A stretch of 64,000 bases of DNA, taken from the NCBI GenBank assembly GCA_030704615.1, contig CM060732.1, positions 60,140,001 through 60,204,000 on the forward strand, in the 5' to 3' direction. Below the pieces are notes generated by a model. That model was given only the letters and a program-made list of their open reading frames with translations. It did no database searches and had not been told where the DNA came from. Made by a program: the position numbers and the translations under genes. This document shows, in pieces, positions 35,494 through 49,033 of this stretch. The DNA is from Takakia lepidozioides (lineage: Eukaryota; Plantae; Bryophyta). The stretch's first letter is position 1; each line of letters begins with the position of its first letter.

Positions 35494-35670
35494 GTCCGAG
35501 TCTTTTTTCCCCGGTTGTTGAGAGATGTGTGGATGAGGTGTCCCGAGTCTATTCTAAACTCGGCAACACTGCACTAACACTTGCTGAACAGTATCATCTG
35601 TATAAACCCAGTAGTGGGTGGTTTGTCGTTTTTGTTTATTTGATTGAATGGGAAATAGTCCTCCAAGGAT

Positions 35671-38600
35671 TTAGATGTCAGCGAACGCATGGTAGTTGAT
35701 GGAATCCAACACAATATATCGGATTCCTGCCATGGTAGTTACCAGTGTTAAAATCACTGACAACACAATAACGAACCAATGCCATGTCTTCCGTTGCCAT
35801 GTGAAGTGGTTGCCGTTCACCTGCCATAGCCAATTAGAGAGAGAGAGATACAGACAAAAGGGAAGAGATAAAAAAGTAAACTGAAGTTGCCTTTCAAATA
35901 ACAGCATTGTAGACTTTGATTAACTACATTGCTGTGCTGTGAGGACGCAGAAAGAAAACAGAAGAGAGGGAGCGATTGCTTTTTCAATGTAGTAGCTAGT
36001 GGTTTGTACAACCTGAGTGTAGTCACAAAATGAGAGCCACTGCCTTTTGTCAGGAGCGGGACACTATTTTGCTCTCTCAGATTGCAATTGGGGCATGTCA
36101 TGCCCTATTCACAGGCAAGAGAAACATGTTAATAACTTGGCTTCCGCTATATTAAATAGAACTGTTAATTATGAATATTTCCCTACACAGAGGTTCAGAA
36201 AATTGTAATGCTCCAAGTGCAGGGTTACTTACCTTGAGGTACATATGGTGGATGATGCCTGACTCAAGAGGGAAGGCAGCCAGAGCCCCTGTGAGGGAGA
36301 CAAAATCCCCGAAGAAGGGAAGCAGGGCTCCCAAGAAAGTACTAAAAGTGATGTAGGTCCCCCGTGTGATGATGCGCACTACAACACTATGAGCTGACCA
36401 CTCATTCGCATTCTTTTGCATAAAATGTGTGTCCATGTATTCGTACATGGGTGTTGCATAGATCTGTATCCAAGGGTAAATTGCACCAGACACTTATTCA
36501 AAACAGTGATCCGAAGAAATTATCGAGGGTGAGAATGATCTCTATAGTTTCATATCATTGCAGAGAACTAATTTCAGGAGGGAGTAAGGAATGGGGGAAG
36601 ATGAAAGTTTCGGTTGGATTCGAGGAGTTGAATGAACTTGGAATACTTGGAATCTATGAGCCAACTTATCAGGGCAATGAGTTACTTACATGCATGCAAA
36701 TAATTGCTTGGAAGAAGGCCGCCACATTTGCAACTGTTACCCATGACTTGGGACCAGAAAGAGAGCTCAGTAAGAATGGAGAGACTGCATTGCCGTATGC
36801 CCAGTAGCCCACAAATATGAGCACTATGAATGGGAAAGTCCCCAGTGTGAACTGCATAGCGAGTGCTCTGTATATGTTTGTTGTTGAAGGCTGCTTAACT
36901 GTCGCCTGCCACATTAGATGATACTCAAGTGTAAATCTTGCCAGCAATTTGAAGTTATTTTGTAGTTTACAGGCTACTCATCAGGTAATACTATACATGT
37001 ACGGCTGCAAGGCTATGGTGGTTAGCATTAGCAACTCTCCTCAAGACTCTTGACCTGCACTGTCACTTGCTTTGTTTCAACTTCACTGGTACTCGTCTGT
37101 CTCCTAACCTCTCTTCCCCTTCTCCATCCCTCTTTCCCTTCTTTCTGTGTACTTATCAGTGTGCTTAATGATATGCCATGCTGGTTCATTCTCAATCACC
37201 AAAGTCTAAGGTAGAAGAGGCAGGCACCTGCATCTCGGGAAGGATGCCTGTGTTGAATGCGAATGCAATGGTGGCCAAAGCTCCAATTGCATTCCAAGTT
37301 CTTGGTCCTGTTTTTCCCAGGACTGAGTAGTCCCGGGGCGCTGTAGCCTTCAGTCCTATAGCCACAAGAAAAAACAAGTAAGCCTCATGGTCTTGGAGTT
37401 GTGCACAGTCATACTCTTCTGGAGCAAATGGAGGAGGTGAAAGAGAGGTGCCAGGTGCATAATTAAGGCATGTAAATGTAGAAAAGACAATGAGACAAGT
37501 GCAAAGAGGAATACATACCATCAGAGATTGAAATGACAATAGCTATGGTAGTGTAGACAAAGCTGAGAAGCAGTGAAAAACCGGAGAAGAACCGCAAGGC
37601 ATGCAAATGGGGCACTGCAAAGGCGAATATCCCCATGCAGGTTCCAGCTATGACTATCCAAATAGGAAGCTTCATCTCTGGATGGTTATCACTGAATGCC
37701 ATCCATATTGCCTGCACATTCCAAACATCCCGTTACAGTGCCATACTTTCGGAGCTTTCACCACACGTTGATGGATGTATGGAGGGCTCATGCTTTGTCC
37801 AGGGTATAGGTAGAAGATCCTGATCTACATGTGAACTGCCTTGAAGGCATTTGAGAGCCTGGGGAGAGTCAGCATAAAGAAATGTTATATTATAACGGCC
37901 TCGGGAAGCTCAACGAGAGAGAAAGAACGAAACACTTTAATGTAGAGGGGCCGGCCCTAGATCAAGAGAGAGAAAGAGGGAGGGACATACCTTAAGAGCT
38001 TCACCCGACAGTATTACGAGACCAATGTTGCCGATGCTTAGGTTCACATACTGCACCAACCAAGTTGTCTTGTACATTCTCCTACCTGCAGTAGTTTACA
38101 TATCCAGCCAATCTCAAGCAACAATGTTCAAGTTTTCCGCTCGTTCTCAAGAATCTAACGAGATTTTGGGATGGACTTCCAGGGGAACACATATAATTCA
38201 GCTTAAACTGTAGTTTCAAATGCTTAATCAATTGTTAACCCTATCTCCATAATGCCATAAGAGAGGAGAACAGGTTAATTAGAAGGGCTCGCGGACGTAC
38301 CGGCGACAACAAACCTATCCAGCTGCTGCCTATGCTTTGCTGGAAAATTGTGCACACAAGATTGAAATGCAGCATACTCAAAGGTAGGAGCAGATCAGAC
38401 ATACCATAGACACTGCCGGCTAGGTCACGGTACCGAATGTGGCGCTTTCCTCCAGTCTCATGGAGACTGCCCAGCAAGGAGTTGTTGTAGAAGGAGATGA
38501 TGCCACCCCCGATGAAACATATTGGTCCCGCAATCCAACCTAGGAAGGACATGATCAGTGCAGGATATCCCAATATGAAGGCGTTGTTGAGGGCCGCTAC

Positions 38601-39152
38601 CAAATGGAATCCCACCTCCCACCATGTGTCTGCAGATCATCCCACGTGAAGTAGTCAGTTATGGCGAAGAGTACTGTGAAGACACACCTAAGGAAAGTCT
38701 GGTCTTTGTATATACTGCTACTGATTATGACTGGTAATAGTGTAATTGTGGAACCTTGGAGAGGCAAAGAGATGGATGGTCAGTACTTAGTAGACACTAG
38801 GATGCAGTGTGACGTTTCCATACTCAGTTTCACTAGGTTTGTACAGATCAGACTATCTCTACATCCTTCACCGCAACATATAGCCGCTTTGATCTACCAC
38901 CTAATGCAATAAATTGTAGACTTAACTTGCAACTTAGAATGAAATGAGGTCGATGCATATACAAGGCTGCAATTGCATCACTAATGAGGAAGGAGGAATC
39001 TTGCCTTGCCCGATGCGATGCACTGATGCGTCTGTTACCAAGGGCTCCGCGCTATCTTCTGGCGGGCACGGAGGACCGACGTGCAATCTACCTGCCTCTG
39101 TATCCACTGAGCTGAGGCGCTGGCTACTGCTCAGCATCTTGTTGAACTCCAT
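35671..39152 (-). CDS. Proline/GABA transporter-like amino-acid permease (AAAP, ProT subfamily), 8 exons (39152-39005, 38629-38405, 38085-37991, 37711-37519, 37355-37228, 36905-36690, 36463-36233, 35820-35671)
   Basis: DTWWEVGFHL, GGKRHIRYRDLAG, FAFNTGILPEMQATV, GYWAYG, LPFFGDF, YHAFADI*. Exon phases are consistent; intron 1 needs a GC donor. Confidence 0.92.
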
Positions 39153-39224
39153 CGTGCTGCTGATTTGTGAGCTGTGGTGTTTTTGTGGGTACTTAAGTGC
39201 TAGCTAGATTATTTATACTAGAGC

Positions 39225-39960
39225 CCTCTCTTCCCCCGAGACAGCTGCTAATGATGCTAGTCCTCCCTCCAAGACTCCCGTTGGCTGCTGAAAAATTCCA
39301 GTCTCTCCCTCCGAGACTCAGCGTCCTGCTACTCCTCCCTCCGAGACTCCCCTTGGCTGCTATCTCTCCCTCCGAGACTCAACGACTACTCAACGTCCTG
39401 CTACTCCTCCCTCCGAGACTCCCCTTGGCTGCTGTCTCTCCCTCCGCACGACTACTCAACGTCTTGCTACTCCTCCCTCCGAGACTCCCCTTGGCTGCTG
39501 TCTCTCCCTCCGAGACTCAACGATTACTCAACGCAACGTCCTGCTAGTCCTCCCTCCGAGACTCCCATTGGCTGCTGAGAAATTCCAGTCTCTCCCTCCG
39601 AGGCCCAAGGACTACTCAACGAACGGCTCGACAGTTAATATTACCTAGTGTGAGCATCTACTGGTCGCCTTGTCCACACTGCATTCCCATTACCTGGTGC
39701 CCATCTAGTTCCCTCTCTCTCCCTCTTAGCCCGCTGTGAATTACTCCTCGTAGGAATCGGTTGCAGAGAACTACACAATCCGCCGCGACAGTCTCTCCCT
39801 CCGAGGCCCAACGACTACTCAACGAACGGCTCAACGACAGCTACTATTACCTAGTGTGAGCATCTACTGATCGCCTTGTCCACACTGCATTCTCATTACC
39901 TGGTGCCCATCTAGTTCTCTCTCTCTCTCCCTCTCAGCCCGCTGTGAATTACTCCTGCTT
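39225..39960. repeat. Complex minisatellite plus ~200-bp duplication immediately upstream of the transporter
   Basis: Repeated CTCCCTCCGAGACTCCCCTTGGCTGCT units (39255-39600); block 39590-39770 is repeated at 39790-39960. Confidence 0.85.
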
Positions 39961-41267
39961 AGGGATAGGTTGAGCACTACACAATCCGCGACGCTCTGCT
40001 ACAGCTCCAGTCCTCTGATTATGGCAAGCACAACAGACAATCTGTCTGCATGCTCATGCTCAACTTCGCTGTCTCGCAGTCGTCTTCCTCCTCCCATACA
40101 CGGAAGATCCAACCAACCACCGCCCGCGAGCACGCCACCCCCGCACACTAATCTCGAGAAGAGCAACAAACAACCACCAAAGCTCGCCCCTTTGCCCAAC
40201 CTGTCCCGCTCTTGGGGTCCACAATTTCATCCATCTCACAACATCCGTCCTTCAACTGTCAGCGAAGACCATCCATCCTATTATTTCACCGGCCGTTACT
40301 ATCTACTTTCATTCGCTAATGGATGTAAAGAGGCGAACCATCCATACCCGAAACTGTTTTGAAGCTTCATTCGTCCATAATTTGCGTACCGGTTCCATTA
40401 GGTGTACCATTTTATTTTTCGTTTTATTTTTAGTTGTCGTGCGTTCAATCTAAGGGCCACTTGTCCTTCTGGCTGGAAGCGGGGAAAGTGGATGAATATG
40501 GATGAATATGGATGAATTCGAAACAGAGTGGACGAAAAATCCTATTGTTAGCACGGGCGCCCGTGCAGTGGCAGAATGCAGAGCACGGCCGCGGGCCGGG
40601 TCAGGGGAATGGACCCGTCCGGTCCACGGGCCGCGGGTCAGCCGACCCGTGACATCGGCGCGGGCGCGGCAGTGGCGGGAAAGAATGCATGCGTCGGATG
40701 GGATGCATGTCATGTCATGTCATGGTGACGGTGATGTCGCTTAGCGGCGACGACGGCGTCAGAGCGGACATGCACGAGAGAGCGATGGCGTCGGTGCAGA
40801 CGTGCAGACGAGAAAGCAAAGCAAAGCGGCCTGCGATGAGGAGGACTGCCGCAGCCCTGCTGCACTCTTGTCGTGTTTCCCTTGCCCTTGTGCTACTCCA
40901 AATGGAGAGCAGAAAGTGGGCCATCTTCTCATGAACCGAAGAGCTTAAAAACAGCTTCAATCTGAAGTCGTAAGATGGGCGTAAGATGTAGGTAGGATTG
41001 CAGTGGTTTGAGGGGGATGTAGCTTGATGCTCACTGTTTTGGACGTGGAAGGTTGCTCCGAGCTCGTGATGCTTGTCAGGTACGGCTGCTAATGACTGTG
41101 CACGAGGTGGATACATAAAGGACATTGACACAGCTCACAAGGTGATAGCCCGGGCAACTGTTTTGGCCAGATATGATTAGCTACCGACTTCATCTTGGGA
41201 GTTGGGTCTGGAGAGAGGCACAGCTTGTTTAACAGAACTCGTAATAAGTTACAACAGAGCTACAGTT

Positions 41268-44200
41268 GCGTAGCCCAAAGAGCCGATGGACGGATGATCG
41301 AAGGACCGAAGTTAGGAACCTAAAGATGATTTCCTTCTGCTTCACCCAAATTTCACCCAGAGCACCCTGCTCTCGGGTGAGATTTCAGTTTGGAGTGTGG
41401 TTCATGTATACTAGTTTTTCATATAGTTTAACAAATCAGAAGATGGCGGACAAATTAGTACATGTTCCTGAACTGTCCAAAGTTCTGGAATTTTAAGCCT
41501 TCTGACAATTTCTGAGTTGTAGTCATCTCCTACTTGTACTCCACGGCTTGATAACATTGGCTTTTTGAGGGTGATGGAGTGACTCCATTAGATGTCAGAG
41601 CTTGTCCAAACAAAGATTCCTTCACGCATTATGATGAACAAATGTTGCAATGGCTGCCTCAGAATTGACACTCCTATCTGGGCTGACATGAGCTATCCAA
41701 CAGGCTTAAATGCATCCTTTTATGGGGCCCTGAAAAATGTGGAAGCCATAGTCAAATAGAAACAGATGCAATCTAAATATTCTCATGCAAATGCACATAC
41801 ATGCAGTGATTTACATAGAGCTCTTTCGCTCACTTGCTTTACGATTTCCTTGCAATTTTCCTAGACTGGGAATGGAGACCATGGGTAAGGCCTAGCTATG
41901 CAAAATCTCGACAAGTGCCCTTTACAAATATTGAAATGTACAGTGTTGAATTGCATATGGCAAAGTCCATCAGGGTGGTACACAGTACTGCTGCGCACTT
42001 ATCTCCCCAGTCGGACATCCTCAGTCTCTGCTTCCTCTGCCTCTGGTACCAAAATGACATCACCTGCATGATTCAAATGCCCTCTGTATGTTAACCCAAC
42101 ACTAAATCAGAGGTGACCAAAACCACCATCAACACATATTGGTGACCTTCCACACAAACCACATGGGCTTTATCTTGACCAATGTAACTTTGGAAACTGC
42201 AAGCAACCATAATATCGTCGCATTAAGTTGTTTCTCAGTGCAAGATTTCCTCAAGCCATACAATCTGGCGTGAGCTACAAAAATTCCACTACCACTTGTA
42301 GTGTGCAAGTCTCATAAAAGATTACAAATCTTGCAAGGGACTGAAACACACCCAGAGTATTGATGGTTTAATTTAACACTCTGTTTCAAATCATCAGGCC
42401 GCAGTTACCTTCTTTGTAAGTTTTCTTCGTAAGTCCGAGCTGTGCTATTCATTCCATACCTTGCAACATCACAGCTACATTTTATTCATATGATACCAAT
42501 GATACTCTACCTGAAACAATAAAATTGGGATCTTCTATCCCATTGGCAGCCTGCAGAGCCTGAATCTTTGTACCAAATTTGCGAGACAGAGCATACAGCG
42601 TGTGCCCCTGCAAAATCAACACAAACCACAAACGAGCAACATGGTGGGACATGTGACATTGCCTTACAGCCCACATCCTCTCTCTGACATGTAAGGCAAG
42701 CAGCCATGATCACTCATATGTAGCCCAACCTACTCAAGAAACAAGGAATCTATGGAAAACTCAATCCCTTTTACGTAGCTGCTCACTCAGTGTATGGAAT
42801 CTGAGGGTCTGAGACACTTCACTCCTGTCTGAAAATGTCCTTGTTACATTAGCCTTGGAAAAGAACTATTGCAGTGTTCACCAGTTCAACCTTATACTTT
42901 GTGTACCAATATTCATTTTCAGTAACAGATCCTCGTCCCCGCAACTTTGGGAGGATAAATATAGACTGCAATGAAAGGGATGGAGAATAACTTCTTGATC
43001 ACATATGTCTTTGGAACCCATACCTCCTGTCCTGGGACAATGTGAGTATGTACACCGACCTTGCCAGAGGAAATTAGCAGTACTGCAGAATCTTGACCTT
43101 GTCTCATCCAAAGGCTCATTTTGGGGTTTTGCTTTGATACCTCTCTCCAAACCATACCCGTAAATGCTAAGTTCAGAATTAACTTCATTTTCAAAGCAGG
43201 TTGTCTATTCGGCCGAGTCATCACTTAGGGAGGCATTTTGTAGGTGCTCTGTAGTAGTGCATAGATTTAGGTCTGGTTTTCTGTGGCTGGGTACTTTCTA
43301 TGTCTAGCATACGATTTTGGGATTGCGTGGACATCAAAAAGCTCCTCTCTCTTAACTCTCTCTTATCTCATGTGCACATACACACATCCACATTGGCCTG
43401 TTTGCCCATACCTCCATGAGGACATCCACACGAATATTGTACCGCTCGGCAAGGTCTCACCCCGCTGAATCTTGTACACAAAATTGCCCATGGGCTGCTC
43501 CGCTTCACCCAGCCCCATCACAGTTAGTAACAAAAGGAAGCCACTCTTCCAATGCGCATCCAGACGAAAACGAACATCTAATACGGCGCCGTTAACATCA
43601 TCAGGCCGAGTGCGAGACAAAACAACTCAGTAGTCTTGTAGCATTACATGACAGATCCAGTCAGAATTTACAGCAGATGAGAACACATGTAGCGGCCCAT
43701 TGTACCACTGTTTCCAAAACTTACATAGAAGTTCCCACTCATTCCATGCAGCTATAATGAGGGCCAGGGTGATAAGCAGCAGTGATACAAAGGCGAAAAC
43801 ACAGGTAATAATTCCACAAGGTACCTTTCGAAATTGTTCCTCGTTATTCTTGTGCCACTGGAGAAATCGCCGTGGGTTTGGCCTGCCAGCCACCGGCAAA
43901 CCTACTTATCTCGGGACATCTGGACACCAAAATCACTTGTCTTGTCTCTTTGGGGAACTTGTATCTTATGGATGCCTTGACAAAGAGCGAATTGGAATGT
44001 GGAAGACCAGAATCGATGTAAACAGAGGCAAGTCCCATTACTGGACCAAGCCTTCAGCATCGCTAATGGCTACTATTCTAGTGTTCCACACCACATCATG
44101 GGTATGTGTCTCGTCAATTTCAAATTGACAAGTCTTAAGGACGTGCTAAAGCCAAATGGGAAGGTATCCACCCTAGGAATGTAACTTACTTCCTGTCGCC

Positions 44201-44841
44201 ACCATCAGAAGCCACAGCTCTCGTGCAATGGAGTCATTCTCTTCGCGAGTGCCTCTGTCTCTGATGAACCCAACCGGCAGCAGGAAGCAATCACAGGAAA
44301 ATAAAGACCGTAATTAGAGCAATTCAAGCAGTAGACAGTTCGTGAAATTCCCACCATTCTTGCCCACTGTTGAGATTTGTTGCTTCGTGTAGTACGTGTA
44401 GAGATGCAATCGATCGCTTGTTAGTCAGCTCAAATGTTATATGCATTATGGAAAGACTTTCTCAAAAGCACCGTTCTTGGCAGAGGCCATGTGAACCCTG
44501 ATCGATTACAAGCCACCGACCTGTCCAGCAATCTACCACCGTACTAGTGATAAACCACAAAGGTGGCCTGATAATCTCTACTCAATTGCTCATAAATTGC
44601 TCTTCCAATCATGCAAGATACTTGAAGAAACTGAAGCTACGAAATGGGTGATCAAAACGACCTCAGAAATTCTCAGCTCCCTTCCCCTGGTCGGCTTTTC
44701 GCTCAATGCTCAATTACTTGGAATTACAGTCGGGCCGGGAGCTATTTTCACAGTTAACGCCCTTGCTTTTAAAAGAAAACACAACCCAAGCCGAAGGCGC
44801 CGCCAACGCACTTGGAGGACGTCAATGACACACTTCAGCAA
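41268..44841 (-). pseudogene. Duplicated, inactivated copy of the LysM gene region (paralogous to 49841-53632)
   Basis: Colinear high similarity including introns; 10-bp deletion in LysM1 (loses WEI, frameshift at ~43450); loss of the ANSILSAEN exon start near 43041; no start codon. Confidence 0.88.
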
Positions 44842-44848
44842 CCGTGGA

Positions 44849-45418
44849 TGTACAGGAGAATGAGAATGACGGAATATCAAAACACAAGAACTTTGTAGCA
44901 ACTCTGTGTCGACAATTAAACAGAAACATAGTCACGTCCGAACCCAGCAAGGACCCATCGTACAGGATGGAACAAAGAAGAAAGAGAGGGAGGCTACAGG
45001 GTACACTGAGTAAAGGAATCTCGAGAGAACTCTGGAGAGTTCAAGCTTACCGTATAGTGTGGGATTTTGAAACACTTCGTAGAGGTAGGTGTAAATATCA
45101 AGAATGAACAACCGCGCTCCTTACCTGTGTGGCTTCATCTCCTCCTCGACGAGTTGATGTAATCCAGCGTTAAATCTAAGAGCCACTTGATTATATTCCT
45201 CGATGCATTTTCCTTGACCGTTGTTCAGGAACATCTGTGCTGGAAGGCATCCGAGTGGCAGGAGACCACTCGCAATATGAAAACATGCGACATGTCCTGG
45301 GAACAGACAACATTCTTAACTAGCAGTGATTGAGGCGACCATACTGTTGAATGCTATACCGCAACGCAGAACACATGGATTTAGAAACATCGTCAGCAGC
45401 ACAGTTTCTCTGAAAGAA
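44849..45418 (-). pseudogene. Fragment of the GDSL lipase gene (intron 4, most of exon 4, part of intron 3)
   Basis: Matches 29906-30324, then jumps to about 30572-30725; fused directly to the LysM duplicate. Confidence 0.88.
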
Positions 45419-45589
45419 CCGTAAAGAACTGCTCAAATTTGATAGTGGATGTGGAGGGTATCTTACTTAGTGATGTTAGTAAGGAAGTGGTGGGCTGCTC
45501 CACCATAGCCAGCGTACATCTTGAGCCTTGCATTAGCCAGCAAAGAATGAACAGGCATCATCCATTCATTGCTTGCCTGTATTGCAAGA

Positions 45590-45610
45590 CCCTAAACCCT
45601 AAACCCTAAA
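45590..45610. repeat. (CCCTAAA)3 interstitial plant telomere-type repeat
   Basis: Three perfect units, flanked by a ~25-bp direct repeat ACAGGCA.CATCCATTCATTGCTTG. Confidence 0.75.
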
Positions 45611-46161
45611 CAGGCACCATCCATTCATTGCTTGATTGCCTGTGGCATCACCCTACTCTACACCCCAATGAATGATGCCTGCAAACAATGTTCATGAATT
45701 TTGTCTTTCCTGGGCAATACACATTTTTGCTTTGTTAGAGCATCCGATCCCCACCCTTGAGCCCCAAAGAGTCCGTGTAACGCCAATCTTACATGATCGG
45801 TTCCGGGCCTGTTGGGTTCTGTGGCGAAGCAGCCCCGACTCGCGCACACCCTTGCCCCTGAATTGCCCACGCTATCCCCGCGCACCTCGCCTCCCATGGG
45901 CAGGAAGGGGCGTGGTCGCTGCCATGCATGCGCTAGACATGGGCATGGTCACATTGACTTGGATTCAGGGGCCTATTCGGGGCCTGAATACAGCGCTCGG
46001 GTTCAGTGCACGGAACAATATTCAGTGCCAGCTTTTCATGGGATATAGGGTTCAGTGCAAGGGTGTGGACGTTTCCGCATTGTATACACTCATATTCCGT
46101 TGTGCCGGGTTCAGTGTAGGGTGGGGATGCTCTTAGACTGGACTAATCTTGCTTCACATTA

Positions 46162-47157
46162 CCGTCCCTTATCAACCGTTTAGGCGATAATTAATTCAGA
46201 TTGAAAGTGCTTAAGACGTTTTGGGAATTTTTCAAATTTTGGCCTAATTGCACGGGAATTATGGGACCAAAGTGCCTAATGCCGAAGAATTCCAGCAAAA
46301 AACTTTCAAGCCTCTTCCCATGTTGTTTGTAATAAGATGAAAATATCATTGAACAAAAATCAATACAAATATATGCCTGCGGAAATAACTTCCTACAAAT
46401 CCCAATCTAGTGACTTAGTGAGCACCGTACGAGCTTGAGCCTTGGAGCACCGCGTACAACAAAGAGGTGCATTTTTAGGGTTTGCACGAAAATGAAGGGT
46501 AGCTGGAGCCTGCAAGCTTGGAGGCGATTTGAGCTGGGCCTGTTGGCATGGGACAAGATGCCCATGGGCATTGGGTTTCTATTTTGTATTGTTATTCTTA
46601 AGAAAATAAACTTTTTTCTTTTCTCATGTGCCTAATTCAAAAAGCTTTTAGCATAAGGATGCCTAATGTGAGAAATGGTTTGAGAAACGTGCCTAAGAGC
46701 ATCTCTGCGGTGAGCACGGCACGTCAAACGCTATATGCCCGGGGTTACAAGGGCGACGGTAATTTTTGCAAGGACGGGTTGGTTGGAACTCCAGGGTTGG
46801 GACGGTACTAGACACAACAGAGATAGCCCCCGGGCAGCCCACCCCTTGATCACAATCTGGGCGTGTTGATGAGGACATCATATCGCATTAACTCCCAAAT
46901 AACTCACAAGTTTAATGTAGCGTGGTTGGCGGGGTCTCAGTATAATTGGCAAAAGTGCCTGGCAAGAGGCAGGATTAAGGTGGGCCGGTAGCAAATCTGC
47001 AGGGCTGAGCCAACTGTGGAGCACTTTTTTGGACCCAGCGCCCGGAGATTGCCGTTTTGGGGCAAGTGCCGCGGCACCGTGGAGATGCTCTAAGCAGTCT
47101 GTTTGGTTTTTACTAATTATTAGGCGCAAAAATGCCTAAACCGTTGATAAGGGACGG
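46162..47157. mobile_element. Tc1/mariner-type MITE
   Basis: 24-bp TIRs CCGTCCCTTATCAACCGTTTAGGC / GCCTAAACCGTTGATAAGGGACGG (23/24); TA on both flanks. Confidence 0.88.
46697..47090. mobile_element. Tourist-type (PIF/Harbinger) MITE nested in the mariner MITE
   Basis: TIRs GAGCATCTCTGCGGTG / CACCGTGGAGATGCTC; TSD TAA on both sides. Confidence 0.88.
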
Positions 47158-47610
47158 TATTTTGTTGCCTAGTTGGTTTTTGGTGCATGTTGGGTGGTGT
47201 GGTGTTGCAGGCCACCCTATGTTGCAGTGGGCAAAGTCTTTATGACTGAGGTTCAATTTCTCCATAGGGTACTTTATAGATTAGACTTCCTGTTAACTGT
47301 CTTTGTGTTGTGACTTCTAAGTTATGTGCTTCAATGGTGCTGCCAATACTGCATTTGTATGTTGCCAAATTACACCCATCAGCACTTCAACCATAGCCTA
47401 AATGAGTCAGTACTTATGGATTTCCATTCGCCAGCTTGTGTCTACAAGCAAATGGATGGTGTCGCATAATCCAGCCACCAGACTCAAACTCTGTAGCCAC
47501 TCTTTTCGGAATCAGATTCTCTGCTATAAGTAGCCACACCAACTGAATCTTCCCCTCCCAAGGTGCCACTCATGCCTCATTCAAAATTCAAGAAAAAAAT
47601 CCCTGCTGCC

Positions 47611-47703
47611 AGAGATTGCCAAGGAGGAAGGCTTGGTATCCATCTGTATTGAACTGTTGAATTGTGCACTTTTAGTGCATCAAGGCTTTTCTAGGAATTC
47701 CCT
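47611..47703. other. ~50-bp GDSL exon-3 scrap fused to a collapsed end of the 5213-6345 foldback family
   Basis: GAGATTGCCAAGGAG.AAGGCTTGGTATCCATCTGTATTG matches about 30756-30800; the following GCACTTTTAG..CATCAAGGC..GGAATTCCCT resembles 6280-6345. Confidence 0.6.
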
Positions 47704-48360
47704 ACATATGTCCCGCTTTGCCTTGCAGCGATGAATGCAACTTGGTCCTGTAAGGCTGTGGCGCCAGATAGAAGACTTTTGGACATATACTTCACCCCTA
47801 CCTCACAAGGACAAGCGATGTTGCTCTGTGTGATCCACACAAAAGGAGTGGGAGAGAGCTACAAGGGTCAGAAGGGACAAAACAGGCTTTGAATTTCATA
47901 CAGAACATCCAAAGAAAAATTTGTGTACTCATCAGCCAGCAGTCATGCTCCTGTAACTGGCATGACCACCAACATCATCTCAAGCCTCTCTTTTCAATTA
48001 CAGGGTCTTAAATTTGAGAGTCCTGCACTTGGCCAGTACAGCAAACCACTGTTCATGAATGTGGAAGTGGATTTTGCACAACCCGTACTTCCAGCAAATT
48101 TTGACCTTGCCAGATCGGCAGCCCACATGCAGGAACCCCTGGTTAGACCTATCCAAAACACTGAGGATAAGCACAAATTGAAATGCAGCCATATATCCAG
48201 AACTGAAATGTTGGTGACTGACTCTGTTTAGCAAGTCTTCAGCTATGTTAGCTTTCAAATTGAATGTACAGTGACTAAAAACTAGTGTTGCACAGAAAGG
48301 CACCACCCAGCTCTTAATAAATTCACGAATGAACTTGACACATCACACCAGCAAACATTC

Positions 48361-49002
48361 TTATGACAGCTTCACCTCAACATCAACACCAGCAGGCAAA
48401 TCCAGTTGCATCAAGGCATCAACCGTTTGTGCATTGGGATTTTCGAGGTCAATAAGGCGCCGGTGTGTTCGAATCTCAAAATGCTCTCGTGAGTCTTTGT
48501 TTACGTGCGGGGAACGTAATACACAGTACACCCGTTTCTTGGTTGGCAGTGGAACAGGCCCCATTGTTTGAGAATTTGAATTTCGAGCAGCTTCCAGAAT
48601 TTGCTGGCATGCTTGTTCTATCAGAGGGACCCAGTAGGAGCGCAGCTTGATACGAATTTTTTGCTTGGGGACAGCCTGACCAATATGTTACAGAAGAAGT
48701 CAGTCAGAGAGACATTAACACACAATCTGGCTATTTCTCAACTCCTGATTAAAGCTCTGCACAATGCACAACATTTCAGCTGCATGTAGCTCGACACGAG
48801 AGTCAGAAAAACTGAAGTGTCTATTCTGAAATGACCACAACACTCAGAATACTGTTGGAAGGGCAATGTACTTAGAAATATGCTGCGCAGCAACCTTAGC
48901 AGAGTCATGCTACTAAGCAAAATTTCCACCAGGTAGTCCAAGGCTCCCAGGCCTGTCAAGCCAGACCAAAAACCCTGGACATTCACTAGTACCTGTGAAT
49001 GC

Positions 49003-49033
<31 letters not shown>

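Noticed and set aside
39197-39547. 116-aa Leu/Pro-rich ORF
   Set aside because: It is a translation of the minisatellite starting at a non-ATG codon.
40200-40750. GC-rich palindromes and GGATGAATAT repeats suggesting a MITE or Helitron end
   Set aside because: No TIR pair, TSD or CTRR terminus could be fixed.
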